Shown here piece by piece: positions 18,495-27,812 of a DNA stretch of 44,435 nucleotides. Position numbers and translations under genes: made by a program. The notes under the pieces were generated by a model. That model saw only the letters and a list, made by a program, of their open reading frames with translations. It was not told the DNA's origin and did not search any database. Source of the stretch: Myxococcota bacterium (GTDB taxonomy: Bacteria > Myxococcota_A > Polyangia > Polyangiales > Sandaracinaceae); contig JAYZQJ010000192.1 in the NCBI GenBank assembly GCA_036149055.1, positions 1 to 44,435 on the forward strand. Direction: 5' to 3'. Position 1 is the stretch's first letter; each line of letters begins with the position of its first letter.

Positions 18495-19284
18495 CCTCGA
18501 GGGCGCCGCGGCGCTCGTGACCGGCGGAACCGCGGGCATCGGCCTCGCGACGGGGCTCGCGCTCGGACGCCGCGGCGCGCACGTCACGCTGACCTGTCGC
18601 TGGGGCAGCGTGGAGCCCGAGGAGGTGGAGGCGCGCTTCGAGGCTGCCGGCGCGCCCGCGCCGACGATCCTGGAGGCCGACGCCAGGAACGCCGAGGCGA
18701 CGGCGGAGGTCATGGAGTCGATCGCGAGCCGGCACGAGGCGCTGCACGTCTTCGTCTCGAACGTGGGCTTCGCGCAGCTCGTCGAGGAGCTCGACGACTA
18801 CTCCGAGAAGGGCCTGGCGCAGAGCATCGGCTACAGCGCCTGGCCGCTCGCCGGACACCTGAAGCAGGCCTCCGCGCGCTTCGGTCGCCCTCCTCGCTAC
18901 GCCGTCGCCGTCTCGTCCTGTGGCGCGGACGAGTGGCACCCCAACTACGCCTTCGCCGGCGCCGCCAAGGCGACCCTCGAGACGCTGGTCCGCTACCTCG
19001 CCCGACGCCTCGGCCCCGCCTGCCTCGTCAACGCCGTGCGCGCGCGCTGGGTGCACACCGAGTCGCTCGAGGCGACGGTCGGCGAGGACTTCGTCCCGTT
19101 CGCGCGCCGCCACGACGCGCCGGGCCTGCTCCAGACGCCCGAAGAGATCGCCGACGTGATCATGGCGATGACCAGCGGCTGGCTGGACGGGATGCGCGGA
19201 CAGGTCGTGACCGTCGACCACGGCACCGGGTTCTACGACAACGCCATGCGCCTCTACGCGGCGCGGCTTCACGAGGAGACATGA
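18487..19284 (+). CDS. SDR, FabL-like enoyl-ACP reductase (copy 1)
   Basis: TGGTAGIG; Y-x6-K motif YAFAGAAK followed by ATLETLVRYLA. Confidence 0.8.
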   Translation: MRDLEGAAALVTGGTAGIGLATGLALGRRGAHVTLTCRWGSVEPEEVEARFEAAGAPAPTILEADARNAEATAEVMESIASRHEALHVFVSNVGFAQLVEELDDYSEKGLAQSIGYSAWPLAGHLKQASARFGRPPRYAVAVSSCGADEWHPNYAFAGAAKATLETLVRYLARRLGPACLVNAVRARWVHTESLEATVGEDFVPFARRHDAPGLLQTPEEIADVIMAMTSGWLDGMRGQVVTVDHGTGFYDNAMRLYAARLHEET

Positions 19285-19287
19285 GAG

Positions 19288-19554
19288 ATGACGACGCCCG
19301 ACCGAGACCGGATCCGCGAGACCGTGCTGAAGTACCTCGCCCGCGCGGTGGACGACCTCGACCCGGCGGAGGTGGACACCTCCCTCTCGATGAAGGACCT
19401 CGGCGCGAACAGCATCGACATCGTCGAGGTGGTCTCGAGCTCCATGCGTGAGCTCCGGATCAAGGTGCCCCGGAAAGAGCTCAACGGGCTGAAGAACATC
19501 GACGAGCTCGTGCAGCTCCTGCACGACACGGCGCTGGCCAAGGCCGCGGAGTGA
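19288..19554 (+). CDS. Acyl carrier protein with GANS (AcpK/donor-type) motif
   Basis: 88 aa, SMKDLGANSIDIVEVV; attachment Ser codon at 19411. Confidence 0.92.
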   Translation: MTTPDRDRIRETVLKYLARAVDDLDPAEVDTSLSMKDLGANSIDIVEVVSSSMRELRIKVPRKELNGLKNIDELVQLLHDTALAKAAE

Positions 19555-20363
19555 GCCGGGGCGGAGGGAGTCGGGTCGCCCTCGTCACCGGGGGCACGCG
19601 GGGCATCGGGCTCGCGACCGGGCTCGCGCTCGGCGCCAGGGGGGACCGCGTGGTGCTGACCCACGCCTGGGGGAGCGCCGACGAGGACGAGGTGCGGGCG
19701 CGCTTCGACGCCGCCGCAGCCCCGGCGCCGCTCATCGTGCAGGCCGACGTCGGGCGAGCGGAGGACACCGAGGCGCTCATGGAGACGCTCGCGTCCTGGT
19801 GCGACGGGGTGGACGTCTTCGTCAGCAACGCGTCCCTCGCCGCCGTGCCCCGCTCGCTCGACGACTACGACGAGCGCGCCCTGCTCAAGAGCGTCTCGTA
19901 CGGCGCGTGGCCCCTCGTCGCCTACACCCGGGCGCTCCACGCCACCTTCGCGCGCTGGCCCCGCTACGTGGTCGCGATGTCCTCCGACGGGCCCGACCGC
20001 TTCTCGGTCGGCTACGACTTCGTCGCCGCCTCCAAGTCGGTCCTCGAGACGCTGGTGCGCTACCTGACCTGGCACCTCCGCGAGGAGGACGTGCGCGTGA
20101 ACGCGGTGCGGTCCCGCGGGGTCCGGACCGAGTCGTTCGAGCGCACCTTCGGGCCCGCGCTCCTCGATCACGTGCGACGCCTCGGGCTCGAGGATCAGCT
20201 CGTGCCGCCGGAGGAGGTGGCCGGCGCCGCCGTCGCCCTCACCAGCGGGCTCATGGACGCGGTGCGCGGCCAGGTCCTCACGGTCGATCGCGGCGGCGCC
20301 TTCGCCGACAACCTCTTGCAGATCTACGCGCGCCGCCACGCGCTCGATGGAGACCTCCGATGA
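19551..20363 (+). CDS. SDR, FabL-like enoyl-ACP reductase (copy 2)
   Basis: TGGTRGIG; YDFVAASKSVLETLVRYL; clear paralog of 18487-19284. Confidence 0.8.
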   Translation: MSRGGGSRVALVTGGTRGIGLATGLALGARGDRVVLTHAWGSADEDEVRARFDAAAAPAPLIVQADVGRAEDTEALMETLASWCDGVDVFVSNASLAAVPRSLDDYDERALLKSVSYGAWPLVAYTRALHATFARWPRYVVAMSSDGPDRFSVGYDFVAASKSVLETLVRYLTWHLREEDVRVNAVRSRGVRTESFERTFGPALLDHVRRLGLEDQLVPPEEVAGAAVALTSGLMDAVRGQVLTVDRGGAFADNLLQIYARRHALDGDLR

Positions 20364-21652
20364 GCCACCCCGACTATCTCGACGCGACCTACGACATGTT
20401 CCTCTCGAGCATCGCGGGCGAGCAGGCCGAGAGCACGCGCTTCGCCGACTGGGTGCGCGAGGTCGAGCGGGCCGGGCTCTTCGCCTTCGAGGGGCGACGC
20501 CAGGCGATGCAGGGCACGCGCGTGGAGGTGGAGCGCACGACCGGCGAGCGCCACCCGGTGCTCAACCTCTCCTCCTACAACTACCTCGGGTACTCGACTC
20601 ACCCCGAGGTCATCGAGGCGGCCAAGGCCGCGCTCGATCGCTTCGGTCTGGGCGCGGCGAGCTCCCCGGTGCACGGCGGCACCTTCTCGATCCACGCGCA
20701 GCTCGAGGCGGAGCTGGTCGACTTCTTCGGCCTCCCGGACCGAGGCGTCACGCTGTTCTCCTCGGGCTACGGGGTCAACACCGGCACCCTGTCGGCGCTG
20801 CTGCGGAAACAACACCACGTCGTGATGGACCGCGCGGCGCACATGTCGATCCTCGAGGGCGCGCAGCTCAGCCGCGCCGGGCTGCACTACTTCGAGCACA
20901 ACGACCCCGAAGATCTGGACCGCGTGCTGACCGAGGTCTGCGGCGCGAGCTCGCGCGTCCTCGTCTGCGTCGAAGGCGTCTACAGCGCGGACGGCGACTT
21001 CGGGGCCCTGCGCGCCATCCGGGACGTGGTGAAGCGTCACGGCGCGCTGCTCCTCGTCGACGAGGCGCACAGCTTCCTGGTCGCCGGCCCGCACGGGCGC
21101 GGGGTGAGCGAGGCGGCCGGCGTGCTCGAGGACGTCGACCTCTACGTGCTGACGTTCAGCAAGGCGCTCGGCGGCGTCGGCGGGGCGCTCGTCGCGAAGG
21201 CCGACATCGCGCGCTACGTCGGATGGTACGCGCGATGCCGCATGTTCTCTTGCGCCATCGATCCCGCGGTGACCGGCGGGGTGCGCAAGGCCCTGGAGCT
21301 CGGCCGCGGGCCGGACGGGCACGCGCGGCGGACGCGGATCGTGGAGAACGCGGCGCACCTCCGCGCCAGGCTCGCGGACCACGTCGACCTGGGGACCAGC
21401 GAGAGCTGGATCGTGCCGGTGATCTACGGCGACGAGGAGCGCACGCTCCCGCTGCTGGACTTCGTGCAGCGCAACGGGCTCGACGGCAGCGTCCTGCAGT
21501 TCCCGGCGGTCGGCATCGGAGAGTCGCGGCTGCGCCTCTTCGTGACCTCGGAGCACACCGCGGCGGAGCTCGACGCGGCGGCGGAGGTCGTCATCCGCGC
21601 GGCCCACCAGCTCGGGTTCGCGCGCGACGGAGCTCCTCCGCCAGCACGCTGA
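20360..21652 (+). CDS. PLP-dependent alpha-oxoamine synthase (BioF/KBL/serine palmitoyltransferase/CqsA family)
   Basis: NLSSYNYLG, FSSGYGVN, EGVYSADGD, DEAHS, TFSKALG (PLP Lys), SRLRL; ATGA coupling. Confidence 0.92.
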   Translation: MSHPDYLDATYDMFLSSIAGEQAESTRFADWVREVERAGLFAFEGRRQAMQGTRVEVERTTGERHPVLNLSSYNYLGYSTHPEVIEAAKAALDRFGLGAASSPVHGGTFSIHAQLEAELVDFFGLPDRGVTLFSSGYGVNTGTLSALLRKQHHVVMDRAAHMSILEGAQLSRAGLHYFEHNDPEDLDRVLTEVCGASSRVLVCVEGVYSADGDFGALRAIRDVVKRHGALLLVDEAHSFLVAGPHGRGVSEAAGVLEDVDLYVLTFSKALGGVGGALVAKADIARYVGWYARCRMFSCAIDPAVTGGVRKALELGRGPDGHARRTRIVENAAHLRARLADHVDLGTSESWIVPVIYGDEERTLPLLDFVQRNGLDGSVLQFPAVGIGESRLRLFVTSEHTAAELDAAAEVVIRAAHQLGFARDGAPPPAR

Positions 21653-23654
21653 TCGCGCGCTTCAGGCGGTGCCGGTACGTGCCCCAGGGCAGCCCGAGAT
21701 CGGCGGCGGCCGCGCGCTGCTTCACGGCGGGCTCGATGTACGTGGCCTCGAGCACCGCCGCGAGCTCGGCGTGCGCGGGGCTCTCGGCCATCGCCCGGAT
21801 CCCGTCCCGCAGCCAGCCTCGGCACGCCTCCACCGGGTCGGCCGTCGACGGGAGCAGCCGGGTGAGGGTCGCCGCCTCGAGCGTGTGCGCGGCGTGGAAG
21901 ACCCCGAGCGCCTCGCGGACGGCCTCGGGCGCGACCCGCGACGACGGCGGGTGGATCGACGGCGGCGCGGACGGCGGGCTCGCGTCGACCTGCGCGACCA
22001 TGCTCAGCCAGAGCGGCATCGCCGCGCGCGCGGCGTCGCGCACGTCCACGCCGGGATCACCGCCCCGGGCGTCGAGGAACCAGAGGCCGTACTCGCGTCC
22101 GTCGTACGTCGTCCGTTCGAGCAGCTGCAGCGGGCTGACGCCCGAGAGCGCCCGCCACCGCTCGACGTCGTGGGTCACGACCACCATCGCCGCGTGGGGC
22201 GGATCGCTCGACGCCGTGATGTGGGGCCCCATCGCCATGACCGCGCTCAACGCCGGCCCGAAGCGCTGATACGTGTCCCGCGCGCCCCACCAGCGGCAGA
22301 CGCTGACGTCGATCCCCTCGGCGGCGCGCTTGTCGGCGGCCAGCTCCAGCGCCCGGCGCGTCACCGGATCGACCGGGCCGTGGGACCCGTCGGGGCTGAT
22401 CAGCTGGAAGCCGACGGGCTCGGAGACCTCGTCGCGCAGCACGTAGGCCGGCGGGCCGCGACGCGCGAGCCGCTCGAAGGCCGCGGCGCACTCTTCGCCC
22501 TCCTCCTGCGCCACGAGCGCGCGGGCCCAGTCGAGCTCGGGAGGTCGCGCCCGGTCGAGCCAGGTCGAGCGGAGGACCTCCGCGCCGAACGCCGCGGCGA
22601 CGGTGGGGTCGGCCCGCAGCGCGTGGAGCCCGTCGATGAACAGGCCGCGCTGGGACGCCGGCTCGAGCGACGTCATGCGGCGGATGTACTCGCGCGCGGC
22701 GCGCCGCCCGAGCTCGCGGACACGCTCCGGGTCACGGCGCGAGAGTTCGTCGAACACCACGTCGCGCACGAGCTCGTGCGGCCTCAAGCCGCGGGCGGTC
22801 TCCTCCACGTAGGGCAGGCGCCGGAGCCAGTCGTACAGCTCCCCGACGTCGGCGGGCGCGAGGAGCTCGCGGAGCATCGGCTCGTCGCACGCGCGGGGGA
22901 CGGCGAGCGCGGCGAGGGCGGATCGGTGCGCCTCCGCCCGGGCCTCGCTCAGCACGCGTGCGGCGAGGTGCCGGACGAGATCCCGCGGCAGGACGCGCTG
23001 AGCGAGCGCCTTCGGCACCTCCTCCGGCTCCTGGAGCAGGAGCCGGATCGCCAGCGGGTTGCCTTCGGTCAACGCCCGCACCGGCCCGGCCATGACCCGG
23101 TCGAGCCCCGCCCGCTCCAGCAGCGCGGCCACCGCGCCCTCGTCGAGACCGCCCAGCCCGAGCTCCACGTGCTCGACGAGCGTGGCAAACGGGGTCATGG
23201 CGTCGACCTGGGTGGAGCGCGACGTCACCACCACCGTCAGGTTCGCCCCGGCGTGAGTGAAGAGCTCGGAGAAGAGCCAGCTGGAGATCCGCGCGACGTG
23301 CTCGAAGCCGTCGACCACCAGGACATCGCGCGCCTCGCCGCGCCCGAGCGTCGCGAAGCCCCCCTCCAGCCCGAGCTCGTCGAGCGCCTCCCGGACCCCC
23401 GCCGGGGTCGGCGCGATCTGCGCGGCGGAGAGGAACAGGGAGCGCCGGCGCGCCCGGAGGACCCCGAGGTGCGCGACCATCGCGAGGGCCGTCTTCCCCA
23501 CCCCGGGCGGCCCGTGCAGGGCCACGACGAAGGGACGCGCGCCGTCCGCCGCGCAGGCCCGCTCCACGAGCGCCCTCTCCTCGCCCCTCCCGACGAGCTG
23601 CTCCCCCGCCGACGCCCACGCCGCGTCGACGAAGCTCTGCCCCACCACCATCAC
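21591..23654 (-). CDS. AAA/STAND-like ATPase with C-terminal HTH, putative transcriptional regulator
   Basis: LVGR, Walker A GPPGVGKT, Walker B LVVDGFE, GNPLAI, HELVRD; C-terminal AAAADLGLPWGTYRHRL. Confidence 0.82.
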   Translation of the reverse strand: MMVVGQSFVDAAWASAGEQLVGRGEERALVERACAADGARPFVVALHGPPGVGKTALAMVAHLGVLRARRRSLFLSAAQIAPTPAGVREALDELGLEGGFATLGRGEARDVLVVDGFEHVARISSWLFSELFTHAGANLTVVVTSRSTQVDAMTPFATLVEHVELGLGGLDEGAVAALLERAGLDRVMAGPVRALTEGNPLAIRLLLQEPEEVPKALAQRVLPRDLVRHLAARVLSEARAEAHRSALAALAVPRACDEPMLRELLAPADVGELYDWLRRLPYVEETARGLRPHELVRDVVFDELSRRDPERVRELGRRAAREYIRRMTSLEPASQRGLFIDGLHALRADPTVAAAFGAEVLRSTWLDRARPPELDWARALVAQEEGEECAAAFERLARRGPPAYVLRDEVSEPVGFQLISPDGSHGPVDPVTRRALELAADKRAAEGIDVSVCRWWGARDTYQRFGPALSAVMAMGPHITASSDPPHAAMVVVTHDVERWRALSGVSPLQLLERTTYDGREYGLWFLDARGGDPGVDVRDAARAAMPLWLSMVAQVDASPPSAPPSIHPPSSRVAPEAVREALGVFHAAHTLEAATLTRLLPSTADPVEACRGWLRDGIRAMAESPAHAELAAVLEATYIEPAVKQRAAAADLGLPWGTYRHRLKRAISVLAEELRRARTRAGGPRG

Positions 23655-23736
23655 GCCCTAAAACCAGAGCCAGGAGACGAGGTCAAGGCTCAGGCGGCTC
23701 GCGACTGGTACCCTCCGGGCCGCCGAGGAGGACGGA

Positions 23737-24741
23737 ATGAGCGAGACACTCGGGGAGGCGATCGACGCGGGAGACCTCGCGGCGGTGGAGCGGGCGCTGG
23801 AGGCCGGCGCGTCGGCGCTCCGGGCCGAGGACGGGACGGCGCCGCTCCGCCGAGCGCACGCGGCGGGGCCGGCGATGGTGGCGCGGCTGAAGCGCGCAGC
23901 TCGGGAGGAGAGCGCAGAGACGCGGCCGGGGCTGGCGCGCGAGGCCGCGGGCGGGAGCCTCGACGCGCTCTGGGTCGAGGCCGAGGTCAAGGCGACCGCG
24001 CGCGCGCTCGGTGAGCTCGTGCAGGCGCCGCGGCGAGAGGCCGACGTCGCCGCGCGCCCGATCGAGGACGCACATCGTCTGGCGTTCGTGGTGGGACCGA
24101 AGGGCTCCCGCTGGAGCGCCGTCCCGGTGGGCGTCGACGCGCCGTGGCGGCTCGAGAGCGTGCCGGAGCTCGAGGCGCGCGGCGACGGTCTGGAGCCGCT
24201 CACCCGGGCGCTCGCGTCGCGCGTCGGCGCTCGCGCGCTGCTCGTGCGCGACGAGGCGTTCACGGTGTACGAGCCGGGCGGGGGAGTGACCCGCCGCACC
24301 TTCGACGAGCCCAGCTGGGAGGCGGAGGATCCGGGGAGCCCCGCGGCGCGCCGGGACGCGGCGCTCGCCGAGATGGGCGTCTCGCTCTTCCGCGCGAACG
24401 TGCGCAGCGATGGCCTGCGCGTGCAGCTCACGACGGACGCCGACGTCGCGCGCGTCGATCTGGTCGTGCTCCAGGAGCTGGGCGACCCCTCGGTCGATCG
24501 CCGACTCTCGGCGGTGAGCGCGCCCGCGCCGGTCGGCCCGGCGGGGCAGCCCGCGCTGGTCAACGCGCCGCCGCCGAGGGTGACGCCCGACGAGCCGGCC
24601 CCGAGCGACGAGGCGCCGATGCAGCGCGAGGCGCCGCCGATGGCGCCCCCGCTCCAGGGCCACGCCCCACCTCCGCTCGTGGACAGCCCGAGCGCGAAGC
24701 CCCCGCCGCCGATGGTGGGTGAGCGCGGAGACGAGGGATGA
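23737..24741 (+). CDS. Hypothetical protein with ankyrin-like N-terminus and Pro-rich tail
   Basis: GAGGA RBS; AIDAGDLAAVERALEAGAS...GTAPLRRA; PPP-rich C-terminus. Confidence 0.6.
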   Translation: MSETLGEAIDAGDLAAVERALEAGASALRAEDGTAPLRRAHAAGPAMVARLKRAAREESAETRPGLAREAAGGSLDALWVEAEVKATARALGELVQAPRREADVAARPIEDAHRLAFVVGPKGSRWSAVPVGVDAPWRLESVPELEARGDGLEPLTRALASRVGARALLVRDEAFTVYEPGGGVTRRTFDEPSWEAEDPGSPAARRDAALAEMGVSLFRANVRSDGLRVQLTTDADVARVDLVVLQELGDPSVDRRLSAVSAPAPVGPAGQPALVNAPPPRVTPDEPAPSDEAPMQREAPPMAPPLQGHAPPPLVDSPSAKPPPPMVGERGDEG

Positions 24742-25133
24742 CACATCGAGCCTCCTGTCTCTGCGGCGCGGTGCGCGTCGAGGTGGAGGGCGATCTGCCG
24801 CCGCCCGACGCCTGCCACTGCGTCAACTGCCGCAAGCACTCCGGGCACGTGCTCGCGGCGACCGACGTCCCGCGCGAGAACGTCACGGTGCACGGCGAGG
24901 AGCACGTCGGCTGGTACACGTCGTCCGAGAAGGTCCGCCGCGGCTTCTGCAAGACGTGCGGCTCGACGCTCTTCTTCGACCCGCTCGACCAGGTGAAGAA
25001 CCCCTGGATCGCGATCTCGATGGGCGCGTTCGACACGCCGACCCGGACGCGCCTGAAGATGCACATCTTCGTCTCGCAGAAGGGCGACTACTACGAGATC
25101 GGCGAGGACGGGCTCCCGAGAAACGAGCGGTGA
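24738..25133 (+). CDS. GFA / CENP-V family zinc-binding protein
   Basis: SCLCGAV, CHCVNCRK, RGFCKTCGS, HIFVSQKGDYY. Confidence 0.93.
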   Translation: MTHRASCLCGAVRVEVEGDLPPPDACHCVNCRKHSGHVLAATDVPRENVTVHGEEHVGWYTSSEKVRRGFCKTCGSTLFFDPLDQVKNPWIAISMGAFDTPTRTRLKMHIFVSQKGDYYEIGEDGLPRNER

Positions 25134-25212
25134 GTCACTCGCCGAGCGCGCGGCGGTCGGCCCCCTTACACGAGACCGCGCACGGCCCCGAGTGGTAAGG
25201 CTGCAAACCAGG

Positions 25213-26181
25213 ATGACCGTCGACGCCTTCCAGAGCCTGGGGACCGTGACCGCGCCGAGCGGCGCGCTGGTGCTCGTGGACTTCGGGCTCCTCGACCTGT
25301 GGAGCGGAGAAGGCGCACCACGGATGCCAGAGTGGGCGGCGCCGCCCGACGTGGTCGCGCTCGCGAACGGGGCGGTCGACTACGAGGTCGGGGGTCGGGA
25401 CGCGCTCCACGCCGTCCGTCACTTCGGGGGCGCGTCGGGCCGGCTCTACGACCGCCCGTCGGCGTTCGCGGACACCTTCGCCGAAGCTCGTCGGGCGGAG
25501 TCCTGGGACGCGTCGCTCCGCGCGCTGCCGCGCGTCTCTCACGCGGCTCGGGTCCGACACGCGCTGAGCGCGGGCGACGCCGTCACCTCGTTCCACGGCG
25601 TCGGCGTCGTCTGTCTCGGCGATCTCCCCGGCGGCGCGATGACGGTGCGGGGGACGCGCGGCCCGGAAGATCGGTGGGACATCGTGGAGCTCGTCGTGCG
25701 AGCGGGCGACGTGTCCGGGACGCGGCGGCTGGGACACGTGGCCGTGGATCGCGCGCGCCTGGCGTTCATCGATCTCGAGGCGATGGCGGCCTGGGAGCAT
25801 CACGAGTCGCTCGACGGCCTCGCCGACCTCGTGTTCTGGGGCCGAGACGCCGCCGTGGTCGCGAAGAAGACGGGAGCGGCGACCCTCACTGGCGGCAGGT
25901 ACGGGTGGCTCGACCAGCCGATCGCGCGCGCGGTCGAGCTCGAGGCGACGATCACCCGACTGCGACGGGACGTCGTCGTCGACTCCCGCCCCCACTCGGA
26001 TCATCACCGGCTGCTCGAGCCCATCCGCCACAGCCCGACCGAGTCCGCCACCGTCGAGGTGGGCGGCGCGCGGGTCTGTGGGTTCATGACCACGTGGGGC
26101 GACGGCTTCTTCCCGGCGGAGCTGGACGTCGACGCGACGGGCGCGCCGCTGATCTTGCGCCTCCGGATGGCCGAGCTGTGA
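25213..26181 (+). CDS. Hypothetical protein (C-terminal TWGDGFFP, DUF4241-like)
   Basis: Protein-like ORF with VAVD and WGDG motifs; ATG at 25213 chosen as start. Confidence 0.65.
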   Translation: MTVDAFQSLGTVTAPSGALVLVDFGLLDLWSGEGAPRMPEWAAPPDVVALANGAVDYEVGGRDALHAVRHFGGASGRLYDRPSAFADTFAEARRAESWDASLRALPRVSHAARVRHALSAGDAVTSFHGVGVVCLGDLPGGAMTVRGTRGPEDRWDIVELVVRAGDVSGTRRLGHVAVDRARLAFIDLEAMAAWEHHESLDGLADLVFWGRDAAVVAKKTGAATLTGGRYGWLDQPIARAVELEATITRLRRDVVVDSRPHSDHHRLLEPIRHSPTESATVEVGGARVCGFMTTWGDGFFPAELDVDATGAPLILRLRMAEL

Positions 26182-26184
26182 GGC

Positions 26185-27078
26185 TCACTCCGGGAGCGGG
26201 ATGATCTCGCAGCGCTCGGCGACCTCGCGGGAGCGGAGGCTGTCGCGCAGCGGGAGCACGGAGCCCTTCTCGCGGGACTCGGCGACCAGGCCGAGGTCGA
26301 GGTCACCGATGACCATGGACTCCTGGTTGGCGACGCCCTCGGCGAGGATGCCGTCGCGCGCGAAGGGGTAGTCGCACGGGGTCAGGATGGCCGCCTGGCC
26401 GTAGTTCAGCGAGATGGCCGGGATCTGCGGCAGGGAGCCGACGGTGCCGGTGTGGATGACGTAGAGCTGGTTCTCCACGCAGCGCGCGTGGGCGCAGTAG
26501 CGGACGCGAAGGAAGCCGTTGCGGTCGTCGGTGCAGCTCGGGGTGACGATGATGTAGGCGCCGCGACGGGCGGCCTCGCGGGCGAGCTCGGGGAACTCGA
26601 CGTCGTAGCAGATGAGCACCGCCACCTTGCCGAAGGCGGTGTCGAAGACCTTCAACGTGTCGTGCGGCTGGACCTTCCACTCCTCGTCCTCCCAGCGCGT
26701 CATGTGCATCTTTCCTTGCACCGCGTGCTCGCCACTGGGGCTGAAGAAGAAGGACTCGTTCGTCATCGTCTCGCCGTCGGCCGCCATCACGGGGGTGGTG
26801 CCGGCGACGATGTAGATGCCGTGCTCTTTGGCGAGCGCGCCCATCGTCTCGATGAAGCGGGGCGCCTCGCGGGCGAGGTCTCGGACCTGCTCGGGCACCG
26901 GCCGCCGCGTGTTCTTCAGCGTGAGGAGCTGCAGGGTGAAGTACTCGGGGAAGACCACCATCTTGCAGCGGTAGTCGGAGGCGGTCTCGACCAGGCCCGA
27001 GACCTGATCCTCGAAGTCTCGATAGCTCTGCACCTTGCGCAGGAAGTACTGGACGGCGGCGACGCGTACGCGGCTCAT
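26185..27078 (-). CDS. Carbon-nitrogen hydrolase (nitrilase superfamily)
   Basis: E-K-C triad motifs VFPEY, QGKMH, ICYDVEFPE; also ARCVENQ. Confidence 0.93.
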   Translation of the reverse strand: MSRVRVAAVQYFLRKVQSYRDFEDQVSGLVETASDYRCKMVVFPEYFTLQLLTLKNTRRPVPEQVRDLAREAPRFIETMGALAKEHGIYIVAGTTPVMAADGETMTNESFFFSPSGEHAVQGKMHMTRWEDEEWKVQPHDTLKVFDTAFGKVAVLICYDVEFPELAREAARRGAYIIVTPSCTDDRNGFLRVRYCAHARCVENQLYVIHTGTVGSLPQIPAISLNYGQAAILTPCDYPFARDGILAEGVANQESMVIGDLDLGLVAESREKGSVLPLRDSLRSREVAERCEIIPLPE

Positions 27079-27149
27079 GACTCTCCTTCGTTCATTCTCT
27101 CGTCAGGGTAGCGAATGCATGGGGTCGATTCCCGTGGCAGGACCAAGCC

Positions 27150-27812
27150 ATGTTCGTCGGGGTGGATGGGTACGCGCGAGGTTGGGTGGCGATCGCGCTC
27201 GACGACGCGGGCTTCGCCGGCGCGGGCGCCTTCTCGTCGTTCGACGAGGTGATGCGCGCGTACGGAGCGGCGCGCGCGATCGGCGTCGACATGCCGCTCG
27301 GGCTCACCGCGAGCGAGCCGCGCGAAGCCGACGCGGCGGCGCGGCGCTTCCTGAAGGGGCAGGCGTCTTCGGTGTTCCCCGCCCCGGTGCGCGAGGTGCT
27401 GCGCGCGAAGGACTACGCCGAGGCGCGCGCGATCTCGCTGCGGGTCCGCGGCAAGAGCCTCTCGAAGCAGGCGTTCAACCTGGTGCGCAAGATGAACGAG
27501 GTGGACGCGCACATCGCGGACGCGCGCCTCTTCGAGGTGCACCCGGAGGTCTCGTTCCGTCAGCTCGGCGGCGCGAGGCTGCCCTCGAAGAAGACCTGGG
27601 GCGGCCTCTCCCGGCGGCTCGCGCTGCTCGAGCGAGCCGGCGTCCGGATCCCGCCGGCCCTGGGCGACGCGGACGAGGCGGGCACCGACGACGTGGTCGA
27701 CGCCGCCATCGCCGCCTGGTCCGCGCGCCGCATCGCCCGCGGCGAAGCGCGCACCTTCCCGGAGACGCCGACGCAGACCGATCGCGGCCGCCTCCTCGCA
27801 ATCTGGAGTTAG
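27150..27812 (+). CDS. DUF429 family predicted nuclease (RNase H fold)
   Basis: VGVDG..GW, GVDMPLGL, SVFPAP, EVHPEVSF, DDVVDA. Confidence 0.88.
   Translation: MFVGVDGYARGWVAIALDDAGFAGAGAFSSFDEVMRAYGAARAIGVDMPLGLTASEPREADAAARRFLKGQASSVFPAPVREVLRAKDYAEARAISLRVRGKSLSKQAFNLVRKMNEVDAHIADARLFEVHPEVSFRQLGGARLPSKKTWGGLSRRLALLERAGVRIPPALGDADEAGTDDVVDAAIAAWSARRIARGEARTFPETPTQTDRGRLLAIWS

Noticed and set aside
20360..21652. Calling this gene bioF
   Set aside because: No biotin genes are adjacent and it is coupled to a PKS-like operon; family membership alone does not fix the substrate.
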